Shown here: one piece after another, positions 1 through 12,859 of the stretch
Position numbering within the stretch: the stretch's first letter is position 1
Layout: every line of letters begins with the position of its first letter
NCBI GenBank assembly: GCA_951406725.2
Contig: OX597821.1
Coordinates: 88,536,001 to 88,600,000, forward strand
Length of the DNA stretch: 64,000 nt
Reading direction: 5' to 3'
From: Octopus vulgaris
Taxonomy: Eukaryota
Position numbers and translations under genes: made by a program
The notes under the pieces: model-generated
The model's input: the letters and a program-made list of their open reading frames with translations, nothing else
What the model was told of the DNA's origin: nothing
The model's database searches: none

Positions 1-249
1 CTCTATCCCTCTGTCTGTTTGTCTGCCTCTGTCCGTGTGTCTGTATGTTGCTCTTTCTGTCTGCCTGTCTGTCTTTCTATCCGTCTTTCTGTCTGTCTGA
101 CTCTCTGTCCGTCTCTCTTTTTATCTCTCTTTCTGTCTGTCTCTATACGTTTGTCTCTTTGTCTGTCTGTCTGTCTGCCTCTCTGTCCATCCGTCTGTCT
201 GACTGCTTCTCTGTCGTCTGTCTGTCATTCTGTCTATTTGTACCCTCTC
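1..249. repeat. degenerate (TCTG)n/(CT)n microsatellite
   Basis: Pyrimidine-rich TCTG/CT units seen directly. Confidence 0.9.
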
Positions 250-399
250 AATCTATAATGTTCTACAAAGTCACTCAGTAAATAATTAAATACTCCAGCT
301 CGAGAAGTGGAATGGTTTTTCTTTCAAGAATTCCCTTCTATTAACGACGGCTTTCTTTAGCTTTGCTGAAATTTCTCCCGCCATTAATACGATCACCGC

Positions 400-1739
400 G
401 TTGACAACCGCATCTACTCACCACAACTACCACGACATAACTAACACAACCACTAGCAGCAGCAGCAGCATCACCAACACCACTACCACCACAACCACTA
501 TCACTACCACCACCACTACCACCGCCACCACCACCACCACCACCACTACTAACAAAGTACTCGTACCATCATTACAAACGCCACCCGCACCATAACCACC
601 ACCACCACAGTGACAATGCCACCACCACCACAAGCGACAATGCCACCACCACCACCACCACCACTACCATCACCACCACCACCACCAGCACCACCACCAC
701 CACTACCACTACCAACAAAGTACTCTTACCATCATTACAAACGCCACTCGCACCATAACCACCACCACCACCACCACCACCACCACTACCAACAATGTAC
801 TCTTACCATCATTACAAACACCACCCGCACCATAACCACAAACACCACATTGACAATGCCACCACCACTACCATCACCACCACCACCACCATCACCGACA
901 TTCTCGCAAACACTATCGCACATGCTACCCGGAAGAAAACTATGGAGACCATTAAATCAACAGCACCACCATTACCACCACCAAAAACAACAACAGCAAC
1001 AAAAACAACGCTGCTACCACCACCACCACCACCATCACCACCACAATCATCACTACCACCACCAACAATACCACTACCAACAACAACAACAATAGCAAGA
1101 ACACTACTACCACCACCATCACCATCGCCACCTCTATCACCGACATATCTCGTAAACACTACCACATATGCTACCCCGAACACCACTATGGAGACCATTA
1201 AATCAGCGCAACCAACATTGCCACCACCACCATCACCACCACCACCACCACCAACACCATCTTACTACCACCAAAATCACCACAACCACCACAACAACAA
1301 CAACCATCACCAAAATCACTTTACTATCACCAGCACCACTACCACCAAAACCACCACCATCACCAACACCACTACCACCACAACCACCACCACCACCACA
1401 ACAACAACAACAACAACCATCACCAAAATCACTTTACTATCACCAGCACCACTACCACCAAAACCACCACCATCACCAACACCACTACCACCACAACCAC
1501 TACCACCACAACAACAACAACAACCATCACCAAAATCACTTTACTATCACCAGCACCACTACCACCAAAGCCACCACCACCACCATCACTACCAAAATCA
1601 ACACTACCACCGCCACCAACACCACTACCACCAAAATCACCACCACCTCTACCATCACCAATATGATGACGACGACGAGGGCCACCAAAACTACCACTAT
1701 TGCTACCGATATCGCTACCACCACCACAACCATCGTCAC

Positions 1740-1778
<39 letters not shown>

Positions 1779-2520
1779 CTGTAGATCGCAATTACCGACT
1801 CCAGCAAATTTACCACAACTACTAAAATGACAGCCTCTTGAGTTTTGAGTGACACGAAGGCTTCTTACATGAGGAACTCCACCACCTAAACTATCAAATA
1901 AATATACCACTGCCGTCACAACTATCAACACTACCACCACATCATCACCACCACAACTATCAACTCCACCATGACGACTTGCAGCACAACTATCCACTGC
2001 TGATGGTGGAGGTGGTGGTGTTGGTAGTGGTGGTGGTGGTGTTGGGAGCTATGGCGCCGCCGCCGCCGCCGCCACCATGGCTCTCGACTCCACCAGCAAC
2101 ACCAACAACTAACACCATCATCATCAGCAGCGTAACTATCAACGCCACCATCACTACCACCAACTCGCCCACCACCCTATTACCACAAAAACTAGAACCT
2201 TTACCACAAATTCCACCGATCTCCACATTCTTACCATAAACTATCAACCCACCACCACCACCACCACCACCACCTCCACCACCACCACCACCACCACCAC
2301 CACCACCACCACCACCACCACCACCACCACCTCCACCACCACCACCACCACTATCACCTACCCGACTGACAATTTTACATACCCCGCCAGCAACAGCAAC
2401 CGTACAACCCTAATTACAACTAGAATCACACTATCACCACAACCACCACCACCACTACCACTACCAACTACAACAACAACAATAGCAACAACGCTGACGG
2501 CGACGACGACGATGACATCA
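400..2520. repeat. (CCA/CAA)n-rich low-complexity tract with internal higher-order duplications
   Basis: CCA/ACA triplets. Repeated blocks: AACAAAGTACTC..ACCATCATTACAAAC (about 551, 714, 791), CACCAAAATCACTTTACTATCACCAGCACC (about 1308, 1421, 1528), ACTATGGAGACCATTAAATCA (about 939, 1185). Confidence 0.9.
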
Positions 2521-2924
2521 CAACTGCCAGTAAACTTGCTCATTAGAGAGGGAAAGATCAAATATGAAATGTTTCTGAGTTGATACGTAAGTGACAGATT
2601 TCATTGAGAAAGTAAACTGATTGGCAAAGTGGGGAGGGCCTGACGGAGGGGCGGTTTTGTGGGGGTGCCTGGCTGTTTATATGGTGTTAGCAATGGATAA
2701 GCACTAAAGCTACATGACACAGAAGCTACTCTACTAATATTGTTTTCACATTTTGGCACAAGGCTAGCAATTTCCTTTTGGAAACTAGAGACTTATACAT
2801 GGATGCAGATAAAAGTAAATCTATAGAAGATTACGCACATCTAAAAGTATTATACACAAAAACTAACATTGAGCATACACACACACACACACTAACACAC
2901 ACACACACATACACACACACAAAA

Positions 2925-3087
2925 GTATTTCGTCTATCTTTACGTTCTGAGTTCAAATTCCGCTGAGGTCGAATTTGCTTTTCATCCTTTCAGGATCGAT
3001 AAATTAAGTACCAATTGCGTACTGGAATCGATCTAATCGACTCGCCCCTCCACCAAAATTTCGGGCCTTGTGCCTAGAGTACAAAAG
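2925..3087 (+). mobile_element. SINE family B (tRNA-derived, Meta-domain-like core), 5'-truncated
   Basis: GAGTTCAAATTCCGC B-box-like motif and core TTTCATCCTTTC..GATCGATAAATTAAGTACC, shared with more than 8 copies in the window. Confidence 0.8.
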
Positions 3088-3161
3088 TATGTATTTACAC
3101 ACACATATATACACACACACACACAAAATTCACACACACTCATATACATAAATATATATAC

Positions 3162-3212
3162 AGGCGGTGGTCCAGCATGGCCACAGTCAAATGACTGAAA
3201 CAAATAGAAGAA
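3162..3212 (+). mobile_element. SINE family A 3' tail fragment
   Basis: GGCGGTGGTCCAGCATGGCCACAGTCAAATGACTGAAAC matches the tail of full copies. Confidence 0.75.
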
Positions 3213-3437
3213 TATATATATATATATATATATAACAGAGCTTCAAAAGTTTGTGAAGTTACAGGTCTTTCATTTAATCTGAATTGAAAGTAATACTATA
3301 TTGGTAGGGTACCAATAAATGCTTTATTATTATCGCTGTCTTTAGTTTTGGACCGGAGAACCAATCATCCCTCCGCAGGATCCAACTTAAAAGTCCGCGC
3401 AGAGTGCGGCTTTTAAGATTATATATATATATATATA

Positions 3438-3843
3438 GGCGTAGGAGTGGCAGTGTGGTAAGTAGCTTGCTAACCAACCACATGGTTCCGGGTTCAGTCC
3501 CACTGCGTGGCATCTTGGGCAAGTGTCTTCTGCTATAGCCCCGGGACAACCAATGTGGATTTGGTAGACGGAAACTGAAAGAAGCCTGTCGTATATATGT
3601 ATATATATATATATGTATTTGTGTGTATATGTTTGTGTGTCTGTGTTTGTCCCCCTAGCATTGCTTGACAACCGATGTTGGTGTGTTTATGTCCCCCGTT
3701 ACTTAGCTGTTCGGCAAAAAAGACCGATAGAATAAGTACTGGGCTTACAAAAGAATAAGTCCTGGGGTCGAGTTGCTCGATTAAAGGCGGTGCTCCAGCA
3801 TGGCCGCAGTGAAATGACTGAAACAAGTAAAAGAGTAAAGAGT
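3438..3843 (+). mobile_element. SINE family A, near full length (tRNA-derived, resembles octopus OR-type SINEs)
   Basis: A box TGGCAGTGTGG, B box GGTTCAGTCCC, internal TA/TG microsatellite and (GTAAAAGA)n tail. Highly similar to copies at 13223, 14125, 15188, 43672, 53549. Confidence 0.9.
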
Positions 3844-4746
3844 ATATAATACTGGGGGCCAAGCACGGAGGAATAACGAGGCTTGTTCACAGCTGCCTTT
3901 TGTCGTATCGTAGGTTAGCATGATCAAGGCTGACAGGGGACTAATTAACAACCGAAGCATTTACTGATAGGCATCATGACAAAATTTTGGTGGTAAAAAA
4001 TAAGAAAAGGACACATTAGATAATGTAATTTCTGAGATAGTGTACTGAAACCCAGAATGGTTTTGATTATAGGTGAGCTCAAATCAGATTGACCCGAAGC
4101 TAAACGACAATAGCTGCAATAGCTATATCATAGAATAATCAACGTGAGTCTATACGATCGCAAGAAAATTCTGCAGAATTCCTTCAAACTAGATTCTATT
4201 CTCTTGCAAGAAAGGCACGCGCACCTAGTTACCTGCTACACTCATACACACACATACATACACACATACACACACACATACACACATACATACACACATA
4301 CATACATACACACATACATACATACATACATACACACATACATACATACATAGAGCACAGTATCCGCAAACACATATAACATGCTAGAGCAAACATTCAT
4401 CCACAATGCACACACACGCACACACACACATACGCACGCACACACTCACACACACACACACACACGGCCAAATCACTGAAGGCCAGGAGTATCAATAAAC
4501 AGCAACAAAGAAGTAGATCGACGCATATGTTACACGGAATTACCATTGTTGTTCAGATACTCACAGATATAACATCTACAAGAATACAAGGTCGCAGTAC
4601 CAGCAAATTGCTGATATTAACACTGTTACTCTTACTCTCTCCTTCCCTCACTTTCTTTCATTATATATATACATTTACATACATACATGTAAATATACAT
4701 ACATACACACATACTATATATATACATACATACATACACACACACA

Positions 4747-4795
<49 letters not shown>

Positions 4796-4903
4796 GGAGT
4801 ACCCCGACATGGCCACTGCTTTAGGGCTGAAATATATAAAAGAATAAAAGAATATATGTATATAAAAAGGGATGGAGGAGGGAGAATGAAATAGATCTCA
4901 CTA

Positions 4904-4921
4904 CAGACGGACAGACGGACG

Positions 4922-4971
<50 letters not shown>

Positions 4972-4980
4972 TGGACAGAC

Positions 4981-5058
<78 letters not shown>
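4904..5058. repeat. compound (GGAC)n(AGAC)n(AGAT)n microsatellite
   Basis: Seen directly. Confidence 0.95.
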
Positions 5059-5360
5059 TCGCCAAATTACATTACTGCAAAGGCTGAAACCTCATCGCTT
5101 GTGCAACTCCATCGTAGACTGACTTGTCACAACAGTGACCTTTTCACACAATCATATACACAAGCACGCACGAATTCTTTCTACATGCTCATATACAAAA
5201 ATATTATTTGCCATCATAATGTAGCAGTCCCGGTTGGGACGAATATTATAGTTATTTAGCTCCAGGAAAAATGGTGTCCAGCTGGATATACGTCACATTA
5301 TCTGTGTTCTTATGTTTTCGAACAGGGGAGTTTAGCATCCGCACTCAGCACAAAGCAATA

Positions 5361-5405
5361 TCTGTGAACCGCGGTTTCTGGGTTATTTCACTTCATCAGC
5401 ACAGA
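5361..5405 (-). ncRNA. type I hammerhead ribozyme motif (Penelope/retrozyme-type)
   Basis: Minus strand: UCUGUG-CUGAUGA-agugaaauaaccca-GAAA-CCGCGG-UU-CACAGA. Perfect 6-bp stem I, intact core, palindromic stem III, weakened stem II. Confidence 0.75.
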
Positions 5406-5789
5406 ATAACTGCTTGACTAGAGATGGCACTGCTAAACACCTGTTCGAAAAAATATATAATTTTCAAAGTGGCACACAGCCACTGATGAAATAAATAGAA
5501 ACATAGTTATTTGTAAATCTCTCAATCCTCGACCATTCCCCCATATTCATGCAATGATGTTCATACGTTGATGTTCATACATTGATGTTCATACAAAATT
5601 TATTCATACATTCATACAGAACAAAATAATCTAGTGGAATCGCACTATCACCAACTCAAGTGTGCGCGCGCATCCCCCCTACCACATACACTCTAACACA
5701 TCTATATAATAATTGATGAAGGAAACGGAAGATATATTTAGCACCACGAGACTATATTCTACATATACTACATTTAAACTATATATACG

Positions 5790-5822
<33 letters not shown>

Positions 5823-6839
5823 TATGGAATTTTGTAGTGGACACGTCATGGTCTCAAAGCGACGAAAATATTTTGACAAATTAAGTTTAAATGTTGAAGT
5901 GAATCTACCGCTTTTTGTGTGTTTCTTAAATGGCTTATAAACACCTTCCACGCTGCAAGTGTTTTCGTTCCAGCACACGATCTCAGATCAGGTCACTTGC
6001 TATGCAAGTACATCTCCGTAACATATATATATATACGTACAATTTGACATAGGGGTTGTAAATGCAACCCTCCATGGGATAACATATATCCAATATACTG
6101 CTAGATGTATTTCTCCATTTTCTTATCTTGTATATATATATATATATATAATTCTTGTTTTTTAGATAATTTTCATCTGTCTTGCCCGCATATTGTCCTG
6201 GTGACCGCTGAATTTTTCTCTAGAGAACATTTTTTTGTAGTTTTATCGCAGGTGATCTACTTCTAGCATATGGCTGACCACATAGTGGTTTTTTAGCTCT
6301 TTAATAATATATATATATACACACATTTCAATATACTAAAACAACCACAGGCGTTACGCACACATTAAGCATCCTAAAACAGCCTGATATGTCCACAACA
6401 CAGCAGCAACAAAATATCCGATCAGCAAAAGAGGTATTCTACATCATTAAGATACAGTCACCAAGACATACGGATAACCGCTCACGTCATCATACAGACA
6501 TACCGCAGTCTCACCAGAACCAACACAGACACCGCCAACATATGTTAGCATAACCAAACACCTTTCGTTAGTGCTATCAACATTCTTCTTGCCGTTCTCT
6601 ATTCCCAAGTTGGACACACTGGATTCTTTAGCAAGTTTGAAGAATTGTACTGTTTATTGGATTCAACACTTCCAAATTGCCATTGCACTAACGGATGGCG
6701 CCAACAAATGGACAAGATGTGGTTGTGATAGAGATGGTGATATACGAATGGCTTAAGTGTTCTTTAGGAGGTTTAGTGCGTATGCGTTCGGATGTATGTT
6801 AAGTTTGCGTGATTGAATGTGTATATATATAATGATTCG

Positions 6840-6888
6840 TGTATAAGCTAGTGTGTGCGTGTGTGTGTGCATGCGAGTATGTAAAGAT

Positions 6889-6943
<55 letters not shown>

Positions 6944-7132
6944 AATACATGTATATATGCATGTGAGTATACATATATATATATATATATAAATACACAC
7001 ACAAACACACATATATATATGTTCATGCATATGTAGGTGCATTTATATATGTATATATATATGTGTGTGTGAATGTGTATGTGTACATATATATATATAC
7101 ATATATACACATATATATATATATATATACAT

Positions 7133-7164
<32 letters not shown>

Positions 7165-7706
7165 GGTATATGTATGTTTCTATATAGATATCAGTATATA
7201 CGTGTGTATATATATATATATAAATACATACACACACACACACACACAGACACACACATATATATATATATATTTATGAGCGTGTGTGTATGTTTATATA
7301 TTTATATGTATGTACGCCTACGTGTGTTCGAGTGTGTGTCTATGCATATGTGTCTATGTATATACATACACTCCATTTCGTCGGCTGATTTGTCCGAACT
7401 GCAATTAAATAAAGATTCCCAATCGCACAAACGAGCTCGCTCGCGTTCGCGCACGTAACGCACACACGCTCCTTCACTTATACAGCCACACACTTACTCA
7501 TACACACGCATCACTGACACGTACACACATACACATTCATTCTCGCACGCACTCAAACAGTCACAAATATACACTAACACATATCAATGTGTATATATCC
7601 ACACACACTCTTATACTCTAATCCGCACGCAACCACGCACATCCAAACAGGTATAAACGCCCATATCTACCTACGCATATGATAACACTTATACAAGTAC
7701 ACATAC

Positions 7707-7746
<40 letters not shown>

Positions 7747-7901
7747 GCACACACACGCATACACACACTCGCATGTACTTCAATTCTCATATGCACACTT
7801 GCAATCACACACACGCTCTCTCTATACTCATCTAAACACACCCTTACACGAACACACTCTCACAAAACCACACAGTTATACATATACGCTATACACACAT
7901 A

Positions 7902-7953
<52 letters not shown>

Positions 7954-7991
7954 ACACACACACATATATATGTTCATGCATATGTAGGTGC

Positions 7992-8040
<49 letters not shown>

Positions 8041-8515
8041 CATTCACACACACACATATATATATATACACATATATATATATACACATATATAAATGCA
8101 CCTACATATGCATGAACATATATGTGTGTGTGCGTGTGTTTATATATACATATATATATATATATATATACTCACATGCATATATACATGTATTTATATA
8201 TGTATATATATATAGGTGTGTGTGTGCGTATCTTTAGATACTGGTATGCACACACACACACTAGCATATACACATATGCGTTCACTCCGCATTCAGCAAA
8301 ACGGTCACCTTCATACAAGCAGATACACACACACACACATACAAACACACTCGCACGTACAACCACTCTCTCTTTCACACGCACACACAAACATATACAC
8401 ACGCACGAACACACTGTTCACACAAGAAGATACACACTACTCATACACACACAACATACACACAAGACACGTATACACTCATACACCACTCACGCAAGAA
8501 GACTCTCACACACAT

Positions 8516-8577
<62 letters not shown>

Positions 8578-8620
8578 GGTCACACACACTATTCACACAC
8601 GCTCTCTCTCCCTCCCACCT
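6840..8620. repeat. (TA)n/(CA)n/(CT)n microsatellite mosaic with internal inverted duplication
   Basis: Seen directly; see findings. Confidence 0.9.
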
Positions 8621-8847
8621 CTCTGTTACATATACATAAAACTCTATTATTCTCAGAGCAGGATAATGGTTTCTATACATTCAACTGTGATATCCATCTT
8701 CTCAGTCGTATTCCGTGATATTCCATTTATGTTCAAAATTAACTATATAGACCACTTCAATGTAGAGAATTGTACAGCCCACATCAATATACAGAACAGT
8801 ATATAACACATTAATATAGACACTACTTATTGTAGAAGTCAATATCT

Positions 8848-8955
8848 TTACTATGTAGCTTGATCTGCTAGATATATATGGCAATTCTCCCTCAAGTAAC
8901 CCCTATATTCATGAAAGACTGGAAAATATCTATCAGATAATATGGTACTCGACGC
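8848..8955 (-). mobile_element. old interspersed repeat family E fragment
   Basis: Reverse complement resembles the GATTTGGCTGCTATTTCTAGC-type motif of the copies at 60470-61990. Confidence 0.45.
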
Positions 8956-9004
8956 TTCTTTATTTTTATTTCCGTTTCGCACATTGGTTCATCTTCAGAC
9001 GGAT

Positions 9005-9203
9005 TCAGTAGCACGCATTCCGAGCAAAAAGCTTAACGGCATTTCGTCCATCTCTTCTTCCAAAGTTCAAAATATGCTGATGTCGAGTTTACCATTCATC
9101 CTTTCGGATTCGATGAAATAAACACCAGCTAAGCACTGGGGTCCATGTAATTGAGTTCACCCTTGCCCCAACATTTCAGGTCTCATACCTATAATATAAA
9201 GGA
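9005..9203 (+). mobile_element. diverged SINE family B
   Basis: CATTCATCCTTTCGGATTCGATGAAATAAACACCAG..CACTGGGGTC core. Confidence 0.7.
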
Positions 9204-9234
9204 TCATCATCATCATCATTATTATTATTATTAC

Positions 9235-9700
9235 CTGTTTGACAAGGGTACACCAGGCATATACATCACAGCCATATGGCCACGGTATGGCGATCATATA
9301 TCAAGATAAACAGCGCATGACCTTACAGGTGAGACTCCGTTAGAATTTTCTTCAGGGAGGAGTAACCCATCCCGCTCAAAAGTTTCCTGAAAAAGAGTTG
9401 TTTAAGAAAGTGGGACGAAGCCCCGATGATTCCAAAGCTGAACTATTCAAACCCCAAGGAATTCCTCTCGACACATAGCTCTGATGCTCACACCCTACTC
9501 CTGCTCGTGATCAGAGTAGCACATAATGGCACCCACCAAGAGATATGCTCAATCGGCTAAGGACAAGCAACTGACAAGCAGACAATTTGCTGCAGCCCAT
9601 CTTTTATGCCAAGACAAAACTTGTTCATGATAATTCTTCCAATCAGTTAAAATCAGAAACCACGGGAGCCTCTGCCTAGTACTGCATTAGGGCAGTTATT
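9235..9700 (+). mobile_element. repeat family D (TAA/TTA-microsatellite-associated), diverged and truncated
   Basis: Colinear with 46843-47365 and with the reverse complement of 47585-48137. Flanked by ATT repeats. Strand assignment is tentative. Confidence 0.8.
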
Positions 9701-10312
9701 GTTATCATTACTCATCATCATAATCTTCATCATCATCATCATAATCCACCTCCTCATCATCATCATCGTTAAAGCAAGTAATTAACTTTTCGCTGAAGCC
9801 CTCGCCATTTCTATAAAGGGATGTTGCGAGTGCTCTTCCACGAACTCTACAACAGTGCAAAATTGGTGAATCACACACACACACACACAAACACACAGAT
9901 AGATAGGTAGATAGATTGATAAATAAATAAATAGACAGATAGATAGATAAATAGATAGGTAGGTAGAGAACAAATAGATAGATAGAAGGAGAGAGAGACA
10001 GACAGACAACTAGAGAGAAAGACGGACAGATAGATAGAGGGGGAGAGAGAGAAACAGACAGAGAAATTGACACCGAGACAGCCAGGTAAAGTTAGACAAG
10101 AATCAACCCCAATATTTGCTTGATATGTTATTTACAGAACTGTAGATTTAACCATTGTAGAGCCTGAATTCGGAGTGCTGATTACCTGAACCGCAATGCA
10201 TTCTGTTCGACCCTCTAACGACTTCACTATTCATTTTACTTGGTAGGGAGGATGTCCTGCTGAATACCAACAACAGCAACATAAATAGAATCGGCAGCAG
10301 CACAAGGACCAA

Positions 10313-10344
<32 letters not shown>

Positions 10345-11000
10345 GCTTTAGTTACAACAGTAACAAAAACAACAACCTCAATGACTTCGACGTCGGCGAC
10401 AACAACAAGAGTATCAATAGCGCATCAACAGCAATTAGCAAGCATTTCTTGTGTGTAACTTAGAGGAAAAACATGGTCTCTTTACCAGACAGTGCCATAC
10501 ATGCGGAAGTACTGTCTGCCATCTAATTACCAGCGTAAAATAAATTAATCAAGCTAACATCTCGTAAGTTAAAAAAACATCTGAAAAATTGTCGTATCAA
10601 TAACATTCCGGTCACTATCAAAGCCATGTAGCGAAATATCGGCAATCACAGTTTCAAAGAAGCCATTCTCATTAAACGGTTAAAAACCATCCTTGAAACG
10701 AAGGCAAAAAACGACACGGCGCTAATTGCTTAATACGATACTATAAATCAGTGTTTGTGGCAATATAAGCTCACCCATACTTCTACGTGATCGTAAATCA
10801 TAACGACATTCCACTCTCTTACATTAGTAGTAAAAATCTTGAAGTCCGAAATATTTGAATAAACAAGTTGTATATACTGTACACCTGACTACCTGATAAA
10901 AATTATTAACGTGATTTTATCCTTGTATTCTAGTATTAATAAATAAATATATGTATGTATGTATATATGACCCTCTCGCGCTCTCTTTCTCTATATGTAC

Positions 11001-11045
<45 letters not shown>

Positions 11046-11049
11046 ACAG

Positions 11050-11195
11050 AACACAAAAGAGGGAGACTGGTCAGGTGTATGAGTTTGACACCGAATAGGT
11101 GGGAAAGTCTTTTAAGTTTCGAGCCTCCGCTCTTCACCAGAAAGTAATAAGAGATAATAAGCAGAGAGAAAATAAAAATACTTGTGGATTCTGCG
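11050..11195 (-). mobile_element. Penelope-type terminal-repeat fragment with degenerate hammerhead (11109-11144)
   Basis: Minus strand: CUUU-CUGGUGA-A-GAGC-ggag-GCUC-GAAA-CUUA-AAAG. Same family as 12860-13038. Confidence 0.55.
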
Positions 11196-11394
11196 ATCAA
11201 GCATGGTGACTATTTATCTATCTATGTGTGTGTGTTTGGTGTCTGATGATGCATGGTGTGTACGTTTTCAGAGAGATGTAATTTCGTGTTGGTGATATAT
11301 ATCTATATATAACTGAGAATGTGTGTCTGCCTGACTGAATCCTTAAAACTTGAGAACTACACAACCATTGGGCGGCATTGAGGCGACTGTCCAC

Positions 11395-11455
11395 AGGCTC
11401 GGCTCGGCTCGGCTCGGCTCGGCTCGGCTCGGCTCGGCTCGGCTCGGCTCGGCTC
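11395..11455. repeat. (GGCTC)n pentanucleotide repeat
   Basis: About 12 perfect units. Confidence 0.95.
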
Positions 11456-11534
11456 GCTCGGGTGTATAGGTGTATATATGCATACATATATACACCTATA
11501 CACACATACACTCCCCACACACACATACATAAGT

Positions 11535-11840
11535 GTAGGTGTGGCTGTGTGGTAACAAACTTGGTTCCAAAACACATGGTCCTCAGTTCAGTCCCACTGT
11601 GTGGTAACTTGGCATGTGTCTTCTGCTATAGCCTGGGACCAACCAAAGACTTGTCAGTGGATTTTGTAGACAGAAACTGAAAGAAATCAATTGTATGTAT
11701 ATGTATGTATATATGTACGTCTATGTGTGTGTCTTCGTGTTTCTCCCTCATCACTGCTTCACAACTGGTGTTCGTTTATTTGCATCCCCATAATTTACTT
11801 GCTTCACAAGAAGAAACGGATAGAATAAGTACCAGGCTTA
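11535..11840 (+). mobile_element. diverged SINE family A
   Basis: TGGCTGTGTGG head, GTTCAGTCCCACTG, body colinear with young copies. Confidence 0.8.
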
Positions 11841-11977
11841 TCAAAATATAAAAACGCACTACGCAGTGTCTCATATTTTTGTTTGCCTACTCAGTTGTAT
11901 CTATCAATTTATCTTTGTGTGTGTGTATGTGTGTGTATGTGTGTATGTGTATACATATATATATATATACATATATG

Positions 11978-12061
<84 letters not shown>

Positions 12062-12189
12062 ACATAGTTCTTGAACCGGTACTTCAAGTAACGACAAGGG
12101 TATGGTAACTGACTGCTTATTGTGATCATTCGTCTTTTGTTTTTCTGTAGCTTTGCTCTCTTTTACAAACCCAGTGAACATATATTTCT

Positions 12190-12581
12190 TATTTCAAAGA
12201 AATTCAAACTATAGATATAAGACCCAAGTTAAAAATATTTTCAACAATTCAACTTCTCTGGTTGACATTAAGATACCCATCCCCAACAGGGGCCTTAACT
12301 CGCTCATTTTAGAGCTCTATGACCTTCATTTTTTAGGAGCAAAATCTTTTTAACGGGTTCAATAACACTGGAATTTTGGAATATGCGCATAAAAATCAGT
12401 AGTATGGGATACATGTGGCACGATTACAAATTTTTTAGGGTGTGTAAAGAGGGAAATAACCCTCATCTGCAATTTTGATGAAATTCCAAACATAGATATT
12501 CCAGTTCATTACAGAAAATATAACAGAAAAGTCTAATTCTTCAATTGAATGTAACCGTGCAACGCCGGGTATCTCTGCTAG
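12190..12581 (+). mobile_element. non-autonomous Helitron-like element 3' end (5' boundary uncertain)
   Basis: Subterminal GC-rich imperfect hairpin CCGTGCAACGCCGGG, then CTAG (12578-12581) followed by T, as expected for a Helitron 3' terminus. Confidence 0.55.
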
Positions 12582-12586
12582 TATGT

Positions 12587-12663
<77 letters not shown>

Positions 12664-12859
12664 CATACATATATACCTTTATATATATATTTGTACATAC
12701 ATATATGTATGTATATATATATACATACATACATATATACATACAGACATGCATAGATGCATACATACATACATACATGCATACATAGATACATAGATAC
12801 ATAGATACATACATACATACATACATACATACATACATACATACATACATACATGTACC

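Noticed and set aside
2065-2112. Perfect Kozak context GCCGCCGCCACCATGG
   Set aside because: ATG at 2077 opens only 11 codons; the context arises from the GCC/CCA repeat junction.
2631-2665. Four G-tracts, potential G-quadruplex with GC box
   Set aside because: Long loops, expected by chance, no supporting context.
5478-5515. CTGATGA..GAAAC hammerhead-like hit (also 8965-9003 and 57721-57755)
   Set aside because: No convincing stems I/II or UH cleavage site.
9782-10260. Possible minus-strand exons (FVEEHSQHPFIEMARASAKS; RTSSLPSKMNSEVVRGSNRMHCGS)
   Set aside because: Plausible splice-like signals but no recognisable homology or consistent gene model; needs RNA-seq.
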